DNA of 64,000 nt, from assembly GCA_010356995.1 (NCBI GenBank), contig ML996697.1, positions 492,153 through 556,152 on the forward strand, given 5' to 3'. The notes beneath the pieces were generated by a model. It saw nothing but the letters and a program-made list of their open reading frames with translations. It had not been told where the DNA came from and made no database searches. This DNA comes from Trichodelitschia bisporula (taxonomy: Eukaryota). Positions 1-12,241 of this stretch are shown in pieces. A program made the translations under genes and the position numbers. How positions within the stretch are numbered: position 1 is the stretch's first letter; every line of letters begins with the position of its first letter.

Positions 1-3000
1 AGAAACGGGAGTGTCTTTCAGCGCAGTTATGACGATAGACGAACTGGAATAGACTTTGCAATTGCTACGGAGCTAGTGATTTTGCAGTGCCAGAGGACCA
101 GTAAATGCGCCTTCCAACGCTGCGTTACGGAGTCGCCTCGACGGTCGGCCAGATCTTTACTACTGATGTTCCGCGACCGAGCCTGGCCGGGAACCAGGAG
201 GCAAATGATACCAGCTCTATCCGGAAGCTTACGCAGGCATGGACTGAGAGGACGTCGACCCAGGTCATCACGGTCCAAAGTCATATCAGACAACCCCTTT
301 TATTTTTGGCTGATTGAAGCCATTCCGCCGGTGGATTTCGGCCTAGAATAGTGCCCCAAAGGATCCAGCCGAAGCCGCGCCGGGCCGGAAAGTGACATCA
401 GCAAGGTCTTTCAGAGGAGCGGAGTGAGTCTGGCCATCGAGACGCTGACCTTTCGCCAAGAACTCATCCGGACGAACTTCAATTTAGGCATACTTTCTGT
501 GGAAGAAATCGGCTCGGTCCAAAGCGTTGTGTCGACGCTCAGTTTAGGCAGTAGCATCGCTGAACTGTAGGGCTACAAAGGGCTTTTCTTCACAGGTCGC
601 TAACCAGATTCCGGAAGATCGTACAATGCAATGCTACCCGACGTCCAGCCCTCAATTGGGTCCACCCACCACTCTCGACGCCTTCACAGCTGCCCCCTAG
701 CAGTACTGCATTCACTCGCGGTCCATCCCCGTAGTGAGGGAGGAGCCACACGCCCAATTTCGACGAGCAGTGAATGACGTTTCAAGGCCCCATTCCGAAA
801 ATGGCATGAACACCAGGGTGTTCAATTCGTGTCAGGAAAGCCACGAAGCATTGGAAGCTGAGAGCGAGTGTCACGCTGGGTGTCTGCTAGGCCTAATCCG
901 CTGCAGGCATTCCCCAGCAATCCCTCGTTGTGTACGATGTTATCCACACTGGCAATCCATGCCGAGTCTCTGCCCTTTACCGGTACACACGTGAGTTCGG
1001 CGAGACTTGCTCGGAACCCTTGTGTCGGGAGGACGACGAACATTTGGAAGGAGCCGATTTGTCTGTACAGTCATGGATATGTCAACAGTCCTTCACTCCA
1101 TTGGCGTTGGGTCCCCGTGACGGCGGTGGTGATGTGTGACAATGTGCCAGCGGACAGGAAAGAGGTATGAAGGAGTGTTTAAGGCAAGCCTCGTCTTTCA
1201 CAATTGCTCGACAAGGAGGGTAATGCGAGCTCATGTCAGTATGATATCGTTTGCTCTTGGTGAATGGGAATGTGAACGCAGTGATAACCAAAACGGCAAG
1301 AGCGGTTGACTGCCAGCAGGAGCGCTTCTAAACTGCGAACAGGATGACGACCTGGCACAACTGAATGAAGCCACAAGATTCCGTCCCTCTCAAACCCAAT
1401 TTGTCGACAAGCATGACAAATCGACGGCGAGCTGAAGAGGAACGGCGTAACTATCGCGACATTCCACTCGATTCCTTCAGCAAGCTTCACTGATGGCAGA
1501 CAAAGAACAGTACCTCCCCTTCGACCCCAAACAATCCTAAAGAACGCTCCATCCAGCCCGATTGACGCCCAAATGCCGGATTGGACTGACGCACTTCGCA
1601 GTCGATGGGCATTCCGCCATCGATAGTCCGGCTGAGCAGAGGCGTACGTAGCCACTATACTCCCCCACATAGACGTCCTGAGCAGCGTTTCCTACCGTCA
1701 TCCTGTCAGTCCATCAGCTCCTATTTGTGCGACCTCGCTAATCTGCCTTCTCATTCCCTACGGCGAAGATGCCTCCACCGTCTCCCCAAGCCGCCCAGCG
1801 AAGCAGGAAAGACAACCAACGCCCAACAAGAAATACTCACCTATCCAAGCCCGCTTTCAACATCAAAAAGCCCCACACGGGCTCGGAACGCAAGCAAATC
1901 GCCAGCCTAGCGATGCTGCACTATTTCTGCCATCAAGGGCGGGGCAACCACTAGTACAGGCGGCCAGGGAATATCGCGGGCGCTTAATCCATCTACACGC
2001 ATTTTCGGCCGTGCACTCTATTCGCTGCCTTCGCCCGGGTATCTGAATATCCAGCCTTAGCCTCGCGCGCTCAACGGTTGTCGTGTGAGTGCGGGGCAGA
2101 CATCAATATCGCCGACCGCAGCGCAGCGCACGCGTGCACCGCCGCCCCTCCTTGCATACCATCTCCATCATTACCCATCCTTTCCCTATCATGGCAAGGC
2201 TCTTTCTTCCGTCGCACAACCACCGCATCGTCGCGTGATACAACGGACAACTCCATCCCTCTTCATGTGCCGCGGAATCAAGATTCAAGATTCTCGCCGT
2301 CGGCCTGCAAGCGAATCCCCTCGCCGTACGATCGGAGCAAGACGTGGAGGCTTACCCGGAAGGCGCCCCGCGAGCCGTGGCTGGAAGTAGACGCGGCTCG
2401 CGAGTCGGATTCTGGAACGCGGCTAGGGCCGGGATTACAGGGTCATAGGGCCCACGCGTGCTGCTGTCAGCTTGTCATGGAGCTTGTTCCACGATATGTA
2501 GCTTGCGACGATCATAGCCGTTGAGTTGAGTTGAGTTGAGGGGATAAGATAGGACGGTTGTTTGACTCGGAAGTCGGCGACCGTTGTTGGAGAGTGCGAA
2601 TGTTTGGTTTCGTTTCGACGTTGAGGCTGTGGTACAGTTCCAGCGGTTAGGGAGCGGCATTGCTGTTGGAGGCGCCAGCGCAAGAAGTAATTGGACAGCG
2701 CGCTTAGGAACTCAGTCTTGCTGCGTGGAGGAGGCGCGGGGCCTCGGTCTGGCGCGGCTCGAACGGAAAGAAGAGCAAGGTGTCCCTCGCAACAGTGAGT
2801 GCGCCAGAGTTCTTTTCGTGGGTAGGTGGAGAGTAGGTTGGCTCGTGTCCCTGACAAGTGCCCCCCGCCTGCATTGATAGTGCATTAATGCACCCGTTTC
2901 GGTTAGATACTGACTCAATAGCCCCGTTTCGAGGTCTACCGTCGTCCCGCCCAGGGGCAATTTACAGCATTTAGGCCCACGGTGGCAGAGTAAATAGGGG

Positions 3001-4332
3001 AATGGCGGGCCGAAGAGGGGTATTTAGCGGCATGGCAGGGGGACATCGGCCGAATGAGGCAGGATGGCGGAAAAGTGCTAGGAATGGCGTTTACTTCGCG
3101 AAACGCCGACTGGCTATTCTAGACTGACGGCGCTTTCACGCGGCGTTTTGAGGCTGTAGATGCTTTTGCTGGCGAGTCTGATTCTTACTTTGGTTCTCGC
3201 TGACGAACGAGCAGATCGCAGCAATTGAGCTCGCATCCCATCCATCACGACTTTTCTATCGTGACATGGATCCCAGCCTCGCGGCAACCGCGCATCCGCG
3301 TCACACAGCACTCACCAGCACCAATCTTCCCCTCCACATTCAAAGTCAAAGCCTCCAACCCCGATCCCTGCGCGGCTCCCAAACCCCCCCGCTCCAACGC
3401 CCCAACCTCCCTCCAATCCTAACCCCCGCTTTACGCCCACGGCAACGCCACGGATGCGGCGCGCAGCCTTGCATCTTCAATTTCAAGATGCATGGAGGCG
3501 GAGGGCGGATGCCGGTGCGCACAGGCACGATTATTCCTCCGTTCGCTTCTTTGCTTTGTCTTGCCGTTCGCTAGCGATGTCGGCGTTACAGGCCTATTTG
3601 CATTGCATGTCACTGCTGTCCACGATCTTGAGGATCTAAGAATGTTGGTGGAGTGGGCTAAGGAATCGAGGCTTCATTGACAAGCAATTTCCAATCCCGC
3701 GCCGAGAGACGGCCGGTCTACGGTATGCCGCCAGAGCGCCTGCTTGTTCTATCTAGAGACGTCTTAGTCTTACCCGTCTGACGACGAGCACGTCGACACT
3801 ATGTCTTCGCGGTGCCGGGCTCGGCACAGGGAGCGCCCTACGGTAGCTGCGCCATTGCGCGAGCCACGAGGGCGGCACGATGCTAGCGGCGCGGGCAGGG
3901 CAGGGCAAGCTAAAGAAGAACAGGGTAGCTTTGAAGGGGTGAGGTGAGCCGGCATGGGAATATGGAGCGGGCGCCGAGGGGAGGGGGAGGGGCTGTGGAC
4001 ATGGAGGCTTGCAGGATCAAGGTCCCGGTGCAGCTCGCAGGGCCCGGTTCTCGGGTTACATATAAGGGAGCTATGGCGATCGCGAATTTCGATCTCACAC
4101 ACCATCTCACCTTCCATTGATCAACTTTCATACATTCTCTTTGCTTTCGCTCGTTCTTCCATTTGTGGCGCTTGTGCGGTTATCGTCGTCACCCGGTTGA
4201 GCTTCTTGTTGGTTGGGAGTTGTCTTGTTCAGCACATTCGTTCCCGACGGCTTTCTTAATATTTCAATTCTACCACCCCGCGGCACTTCGGACATCAACC
4301 ATCTGCCATCTCACCAATTCCACAACTTCAAC

Positions 4333-5121
4333 ATGCATTTCCTCACCACAATCCTCCCCTTCCTCCCCCTCCTCCTCGCCGCCCCCACCAAGCCCTCCTC
4401 CGCCAGCCCATCAACCTACAAACCCTCATCAACCGCCAAAGCCACCTCCTCCCCAACCGCACCAAGCGGCCCTCAACTCCCCCTCCCCTCCAGCTCCCTC
4501 CCCCCACCCTCCTCCCTCGCCAACCCCGCCCCCCTCCTCAAACACCTCGGCCTCGGCCTCGGTATCCAAAACTACACCTGCGCCAGCCCCTCCAGCAACC
4601 CCATCTCCATAGGCGCAGTAGCAACCCTCTTCGACGCCCTCCCCCTCCTGTCCGCAGCCCCCTTCCTCATCCCCACCCTCCCCTCCCTAACCCTCGACGC
4701 CGCAAAATCCATACTCCGGCACACATCCTCAGGCTCCGATTTCGGCCCGGCACTCACCTCCGCCGTCTCGCGCTTCAATATCCCGGTTCTGGGGAAGCAT
4801 TTCTTCAGCGCGCCCGGAGTGCCGAATTTCGACCTGTTCGCCGCGCACCCGCCCGCTAAGCTCGTGGCTAAGAAACTGGGGAATGCGGCGGCGCCCCCCA
4901 GGGATGGGGATGATGATTGGGAGGACTGTGAGGAGGGCGAGGCGCCCGGTGATGTGGATTGGTTGGTGTTGGGGGATAATGGGTCTGGCCAAACCTTCGG
5001 CGATGCCAAGTTTGTGTATCGCGTGTGGACGGCGGGGGGCGTGGCGACGTGCCAGGACGTGCCTGCTGCGGGAGGGCATGTCGAGGTGCCGTATGCGGCG
5101 GAGTATTGGTTCTATGGGTGA
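4333..5121 (+). CDS. Secreted DUF3455-family protein (often auto-annotated as 'malate dehydrogenase')
   Basis: ATG at 4333 gives a signal peptide MHFLTTILPFLPLLLAAP, then an S/T/P-rich linker. Family motifs GLGIQNYTC, GAVATLFD, LGKHFF, PNFDL, DVDWLVL, VYRVWTAGG and VPYAAEYWFY follow. Intronless. Confidence 0.88.
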   Translation: MHFLTTILPFLPLLLAAPTKPSSASPSTYKPSSTAKATSSPTAPSGPQLPLPSSSLPPPSSLANPAPLLKHLGLGLGIQNYTCASPSSNPISIGAVATLFDALPLLSAAPFLIPTLPSLTLDAAKSILRHTSSGSDFGPALTSAVSRFNIPVLGKHFFSAPGVPNFDLFAAHPPAKLVAKKLGNAAAPPRDGDDDWEDCEEGEAPGDVDWLVLGDNGSGQTFGDAKFVYRVWTAGGVATCQDVPAAGGHVEVPYAAEYWFYG

Positions 5122-5772
5122 GGGCTGAAAGGTGGGCATAAGAGGGGAGTTAGGGCGTGATGGGGACTGGGTGGGTTTTTTCTTCGACTGCAAATACTTG
5201 CCGGTATACCTTTTACTTTTGCTCCAGCGCTGGAGTCTGTACTGATAGCTTCATCTTCGCATACCGCCTGCGGGGCATACCTGTTGGCCTAAAATCACAC
5301 ACACTTGATCTGATCCTGTTTGCCGTGGTCCCGTATCGTGCATGCTACCTGCCACCGGTAACCGACCGCGGAGGAGAGGCTGGGACGCAGGCTGCCACGT
5401 TGCTCGCACGGCGTAATTGTCACGTCTGCGGGGCCAGAAAATGCACGGGATATGTAGTGGTCTGGTCGCTGGGGGTTGACGAGGTCGTACTGCAGGTCCA
5501 TGATGTCGTGCAGCCAAAGAGGGCTAATTAGCGCTTTCCGGCGAAAAAGACCGCAAAAATGAGACATGCATGAGGGATGCATCGCGAGATTCGATGCCGG
5601 TCCGAGATCATCATCGTTGTGCATAAGAATACATAGGTCGTTTTTGAGCCGAAAATCCTGTCAGTAAATACAAGAGATGTTGAAGGGAGATAGTCCGAAA
5701 CACTTTGCTCCTTCCTCGTTGTTGGTAGATCCTTTAAGGTTACCCAAATCCCTCACCACTCAAACATCATCC

Positions 5773-7541
5773 TCAAGGCTTCGACTGCTTAGCCAAGTAC
5801 TGCTTGACCCCAAGGGCAACTATGCTCATTAGCCTCCACCCTCAAAAAACCGCAAGACGGGTCACTTACACAGCGCAACCAAAAACCACCTCGTCAGCCC
5901 ACCCTTGCCGCTCCCGGCTCCCAAGCTAAGAAGCCACTTCAGCAATCCAACCTTGACCCGCCCCGCCCGATCGAAGTCCGGCTTCAACTCCTGCATCTTC
6001 TTATACCGCGCCAACTTGCCCGCATATGGCGGGTAGCGGATCTTAAGCATACCCTCGAGCCAGCCCGGCGTCGTCGTGATGCTGCGCCTATGCGTGAAGC
6101 ATTCGAACGACGAGCGGCCGCGGTAGGCGCCCGTGCCGGAGCTGCCGACGCCGCCGAAGGGCAGCGTCGGGATCGAGGCGTGGAAGAAGCCGTCGTTGAC
6201 GGAGGCGCCGCCGGAGCGCACTTCAGCGAGGACTGCGGGATGTTAGCCGGGACGGAGGGGAGGGGAAGGGGCGTACCTTTGTCGGTCTCGGCCTTGTTGC
6301 CGAACGGATACACGCCGAGTGGGGTGTCGTGGACATCGTTAGCGAGCTTGATGGCCTCGTCGAGGTCCTGCACGGGATACACCGGGATCAGGGGGCCGAA
6401 GCTCTCGTCCACAAGCAGCGAGTCCTTGACGTCATCAACCTGCACAACCGTCGGCTCCAAGAAGCGTTCCGCCTCATCCATCGTGCCACCGATCAAAATG
6501 CGTCCCTTGCTGTCGTCCAACATCTTCTTGAGTCGGCTCCACTGCCGGTTATTCACGATGCGGCCATAGTCCGGCGAGTTCTTCGCGCCGTTCGGGAAGT
6601 ACTCGGCAAATGCCTTCTTCAGCTCCTCCACAAACGCGGGCAGAATCTCCTTGTCCACCAGAATCCAATTCTGGCTCACGCACACCTGCCCCGCGTTCAT
6701 GATCTTCGCCCACGCGAGCCGCCGCGCCGCCAGCCTGGGGTCTGCATGCTTGGTCACGATAGCGGGATTCCGTCCGCCCAGTTCGAGGCATACGGGCGTC
6801 AGCGTCTCGGCCGCTTTCTTCGCGATGATAGTCCCGACACCTGCGGACCCGGTGTAGAAGATCTTGTCCCACTTCTCGTTGAGCAGTGCCGTGGTCTCGG
6901 GGATCGCGCCCTGGATGACGCGGTACGCGGACGGGTCCAGCGTCGTCTCGAACAGGTGCTGCAGCACGGCGGCCGCATGAGGTGCATTCTCGCTCGGCTT
7001 GAGGATGACGGAGCAGCCGGCAGCAATAGCACCAATGACCGGACCAAGTGAAAGCTGGATAGGGAAGTTGTACGCGCTGCTTTGGTCAGTATGGGACGCC
7101 TTAAGGTCGCGGGGTTACAAACCCAATGACCAGCACAGTGCCGAGCGGATCCTTGCGGATGCGCGGACTGAGCGCCTTGTTCATCAACGGAATGTCAGGT
7201 GGCGACTCGTCCTTCATCCATTTCTCCAGGTTCTGCGTCGTGAAGATTATGTCGTTGGCGCACCAGCCGCATTCTGTGAGGTAGGTCTCGTAGTCTGGCT
7301 TGCCGAGATCGAGCCGGCATGCCTCCATGATGGCCGCTTCATTGTCCTTGAGCCTGTTTGCGTGAGCTGCTTGCTACGATGAACGGTATGAGCCTACGAA
7401 CCCCCAATACAGGCTGCGCAGCTGCTTGAGCCTCCATTCCAGCGGGCGCGTCTTATGGTCCAAATATGCGCGGCGCACACCCGCCGCAATAGCGGGGATA
7501 GTCTCAACGGGAGTATGCTCGAAAGTAGGGAGCTGGACCAT
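5773..7541 (-). CDS. Class-3 (fatty aldehyde / CarD-like) aldehyde dehydrogenase with C-terminal hydrophobic anchor
   Basis: Exons 7541-7402, 7353-7123, 7076-6277, 6232-5870, 5819-5773, all GT-AG. Motifs IGAYNFP, LKPSE, FYTGS, CLELGGRNP, NAGQVCVS (catalytic Cys), ESFGP, PFGGVGSSG. Confidence 0.93.
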
Positions 7542-8232
7542 AGCTTCGGTGACGGCAAACAGCCAGGAAAAAAAAGTTCAATGAGATGGAGATGGACCAA
7601 AGCGGGAGAAGAGGAGATAATGCCGTAACTAAGTATTTAAAGTTCAGTTATTGGAGCAAGAGGAGCGGCGCGCGCGGAGTAGATGGCATGCTAGAAGTGA
7701 TTCCTCGGCTGCAAGGCCCCCCAGGCTCAAGGCTGCTCTGTGCTGAGCAATATGCAACGGCCCAGCCCTGCAGCATGTGCTTTTCGGCTTCTCTTTTCCC
7801 GCACGTTACCTGCACGGGTTAGCGGCCGCACCCCGCGTTCCTGACTCGCGTCATCAATCGGAGATTTGACCGTTGACAGTTTGACAGAGGCCAGATCTGT
7901 ACAGTCGCCAAACATCACGTTTTCAAGTCACCAAAGCGAGCAGTTGTAAAAGGACACCTTTCGGCTTCGTCTCGTCTTCATCTTTTCTCTCAACCGCCCT
8001 CAACTATTATACACACAGAGATGGACATCTCCCGTAAACCGGAACGTGAATCTTTTCTCTCCGGCCGTGTGCAATCGTCTCCGCATCCTACTTACATCAT
8101 TATGTTTGGCAAGACAACAACGGAATATCCATGCCGCAAAAGACGGTGCGGTAAATCCTACCCGCCGCCACCAGAGAAGCCCAGAACCGTGAGAGGGGAT
8201 ATGCCATACAAAACCGCATTCACTATGTCAAA

Positions 8233-10279
8233 CTACCTCGCCATCTGGCCGCCCAAGTTTCCCATTCCTCGAATATGGTCCGTCAGTTGAGGGTACTTCT
8301 GTGTGACCTCGAGTTGTGTGCGCGTCGCCTCAGCATAGGAGAGCGCGTTAATAATCTCGCCCTCTGTCCGCGAGAGCTCCGCCGCACGCTCAAAGTAGTT
8401 GAGTGCCTCGGGCACCTTGCCCTGCTGCAGGAGCAGCTGCGCCATGGTGGCCACGGCAATGTCGCACTCGGGGTCGACTGAAACCATCAGCATGATTTAG
8501 ATGTAGAGGGAATGGAACTTACGGATAAGGGCCTTCTTGCACAAATCCTCAGCCTCGGCAAAGTCTTGCTTCCACTGGAACAGAGCGAGCGCCTTGTTAA
8601 TCAGCGGAAGGACGTTCATGCCCACAGGGCGCTGTTGCTTCTCCATCTCGATGGCGGTTTCAAACTGCTCGATCGCCTTCTGGAACTGCTGTTGATCGAG
8701 CAGGAGCTCGCCGTAGTAGTTGTACACGTCCGGCACCTTCTCGAAGTTCTTGATGATCTTGCGGAAAGTTGCCATCGACGACGCGACAGAGCCGAGTTTG
8801 TACTGCGTGACACCGAGCTGAATGTGCGAGAAGATGAAGTCCTTGTCGAGATCGATGGACTTCTGGTAGTCCTTTGCAGCGTCCGTGAACTCGCCAAGAA
8901 TGAAGTGCAACTGAGCACGGTGGTAGTAGATGTCGGGATCAAGGTTGTTGTACACTGCAGCCGTCTCGAAGTCCTTTGAGGCGGCATCTTTTTCACCTGG
9001 AGATGTTATTACGGGAAACGTTGTGTCTCCAAGGAAGCTATTACCTTGCTCAAGGTGCATGCTTGCGCGCTTGATGTAGCTCTGGATGAACGAAGGATCA
9101 AGCTCCAAGCTCTTCGACACATCCTTCAGCGCGCCATCGCTGTCACCCCTGAGGTAGCGGAACGTCCCGCGCCAGTTGTACGCAAATGCCTCGTGCTCAT
9201 CCAGACCACCAAGCTGGAGGGCCCGGTCGAACGCCTCGGCGGCCTGTGCATACCCATCAGCGGTCTTGACGCGCATCGCCAGCAGGCCCTTCTTGAGCTG
9301 GCCCTTGCCGGAGTTCTCGTCCAAATCGGCGGTTTCCTCAAGGCCCGCCGGCGGCGGCTGCGGGCGGAAGCTCTGTAGATAGTTGGTGACAAAGGTGGGA
9401 CTAGGCAGCTTCTTCTCCTTGCCGGCGAGGATGGCCTTGCCCTTCTCCTCGGCAACCTTCTTTAGTAGCACCTCAACCTTCTCCGTGGCGCGCCGGTCGG
9501 CAAACTGATCGATGATGCAGCTAGCAGTGTAGTCGAGCAGGGCCTCGCTGTACCGTGTGACCTGCTCGTAGGCATTTGCACGGCGGTTGAGGGCCTTGAC
9601 ATACGTCGGCTCGAGGTTGATAGCAGCTGTGGTGTCCTCGATGACCTTGTCCCAGTCTGACAAGGCATGCCAGCATGCAGCCCGGTTGGAGTAGAAGACG
9701 GCCTCTTGCTTGCAGATGATGGCCTTGCCATACAGGTCAATCGCACGGATGTAGTCCTTTGCACCGTACGCCTTGTTGCCCGCGGCCTTCAGCTTCGCGG
9801 CGAACTCTTTGCGCTCCTGCGTGATGTTAGTCACGTCAAGAAGCCCTGCTGTTAACGTACCTGGTCCGAGAGCTTGCCCACAGTGTCTTCGTCGACCTCG
9901 GGCAACTCTTCCTCGCCGGTGGGGACTTTGGGAGCTAGATTTGCAGTGAGCATTTTCGAGAGTGGCGATTGTGTCGAGCGTTGATGAACCTACCTTCGGC
10001 CTGTTTCTCCTCTTCCTTTTTGCCCTTGCGCTTTTTCGACTTCTTCTTGGTACCAGTTTCCACGTCGTCCTTGGGTGCGCTGCTGGTATCCGACATGTAG
10101 TATATCACGCCCGCCGTGCCCACCACCAACGTCACGCCCGCGATGGTGTAGACGAGGGCCTTGTTTTCCGAAGCCCATGTGGAGAGTCTGTCGATGAGGC
10201 CCTGTGGAGGACCATCGATGGGAGTCAGCTGGCCGAGGGGTGGCGCAGGCACCTCGATTTGCGACCGGCTTGACGACAT
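8233..10279 (-). CDS. TOM70: Mitochondrial import receptor Tom70 (TPR protein)
   Basis: Exons 10279-9994, 9934-9861, 9816-9045, 8996-8523, 8477-8233. N-terminal TM anchor [21 protein letters not shown] followed by a Lys cluster; TPR motifs LKAAGNKAY and [24 protein letters not shown]-terminus [12 protein letters not shown]. Confidence 0.96.
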
Positions 10280-11009
10280 GGCGCCGGATGCGATGGAGAG
10301 AATTGCGATCTGGGAGGAGGCGAGAGGAAGCGATAACCGACTCGAGGAGGAAGGATGTGATGCAAGCGGCGGTTAGATACCGCAAATGATTGAAGGGAGA
10401 AGGTGGGTTGGGGGATGTGGAAGCGGAAGTGGGATGCGGGAGCTGTGTGGGATGTTGGTGATGATGGCTTTGGCCCGAAAAAGTTCAGGTTTGGTGGCTG
10501 GTGGTCCGTGATTGACCAGGGTTGGGGGAAAGAGAGGTGAGTGACGAGAGGTGGAAGCTTGCGATGGCAATAATGCGAGTGGGGAGAAGAGAGCTTGCTG
10601 CATGGCCACGACACCAATACACTAACACTCGTTCTGCTGCTACTACTGCCTCTGCTGCTGCTCAGTTCGCTTCCACTGCGTCCATTGCACTCGCCAAGAT
10701 TAGCTGAACCTCTCCTCACTTCCATCTACCCTTCTCTGCTTCTCTTACAATTCCAGCCACGATGTCAACCCCTCTCGCCCTGCTCCAAGCAAAACGTGAG
10801 AATGATGCAAATCACGTGAACCCGCGAGCTTGCCCCACCGATTTTCCGTGCACCAAACATCGCCGCGTTCTTCGCACCAATCTTCTCCATCATCTAAGCT
10901 ACATTTCCTCCCAACCCTCTGGCGGTACGTTCCATCGCCAGCGGTGCCGTACGACGCAACAAATTGGCCACTCTAACCACGAGTTACTGCTTTAATTGAA
11001 TCTGCGACC

Positions 11010-12241
11010 ATGGCTGAAGCTTCGGAAGAAGCAGCTGGAGAAACGGCAAACGACGACTTGCAGCTCCTCACGACGCTGAGATACGACCCGGTTCTCGCTC
11101 ACAACCCCGACAATGCGCAGTTTGTCAACTCGCCAGAATGTGCCCTATACATGCTGTCAGCTCACGAGCGTCGTCTCCGCATGGCTGCTGCCTACTTGCA
11201 CTTTACACGCATCAACGAGATGAAGGAGGACGTCTATAGACTCGAGCAAGCTATCATGCGGGAGATTGAAGCCGCCCGCCACGCGCGCGGCGCTGACGCG
11301 CCCTACAAAGCACGTTCTTGCTCGAAAACCCTGTGTTTGTACTCCGCTGTCCGGCTGATGGCTAACCGTTGATTTCGTAGGTTCGCGTGCTCCGTTCTCG
11401 CGACGATGTCATTACCGTCACCGTTGATCCGACCCCTCTGACTGCGGTTCCGATTACGACGCTCTTTCCGCCGACATTTGACCTTCCGCCAGTCGTCAAG
11501 GTCACTCCGCCGGTTCCCTCTCCTTTTACACCGTTTCCGCTTACTGGAGGTGCTTTGACGCTCGGCCCCACGGATGCACAGCCTGTCCCTCCGGATGATG
11601 ACGTAGGCTTCAGCCTTACGGTCGACATTCTGCCCACGCCGGTCACTCTGTTCACCAACTGGAAATCCACTGATCGCACCGCCTACAACACGGCGCGAGA
11701 GCGTACTTTTCCTCTCGGCGCGCCCATGACCCACGAGGTGATTATGTTCGATCGGGATGGCTTGGTAACAGAAGGCACGTTCACAACCGTCTACTTCTTC
11801 CGTGACGGTTGCTGGGTTACACCCAAGGGCGGCATGTACAGCGTGACGAAGCGCTGGGCTGTGAAGCAGCGGCTGTGCATTGCCGGTGATATCAAGGCAG
11901 AAACCATCCATACCGGAGAGCGCTGTTGGGTGAGTAATGCCGTAAGAGGTTTCGTCAGGGCAAAGGTGGTTGAGGCCTGGGATGGTCTGCAGGAGGGAGA
12001 CTTCGAGCGGCTTCAAGAGATGGAGCGGGACAAACATGCGGAACGCCTGGACCATCTGCAAGAAGTCGCTCCCCTGGCTCCTGCTACTCCCTCGTCTGGT
12101 CTGGGAGCCCGCCGTCCGACACCGGAGCGTGAGCTTCGCACATTCACTCCCGAGCCGGAGCCTTTTACTCCTACACACGAGCTGCAATACGCTATTCCCG
12201 CAATCAAGCGGCAGCCCATCACTCCTACTCGTGATGATTAG
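11010..12241 (+). CDS. ABZ2: Aminodeoxychorismate lyase-like PLP enzyme (aminotransferase class IV fold)
   Basis: Exons 11010-11309 and 11381-12241, joined by a GC-AG intron. Motifs LLTTLRYDP, YMLSAHERRL, FTNWKSTDRTAYNTAR, EVIMFDRDGLVTEGTFTTVYFFRDGCWVTP, WVSNAVRGF. Confidence 0.82.

Noticed and set aside
1..3700. Short ORFs at the window start, including an ankyrin-like GADINIAD fragment near 2092
   Set aside because: There is no continuing ankyrin consensus, coherent exon chain or transposase/RT motif. It may be decayed sequence, but I cannot support a call.
5773..7541. ALDH as part of a carotenoid (car) or other secondary-metabolite cluster
   Set aside because: Its neighbours are Tom70 and DUF3455; no phytoene synthase/desaturase, PKS, NRPS or terpene synthase is present in the window.
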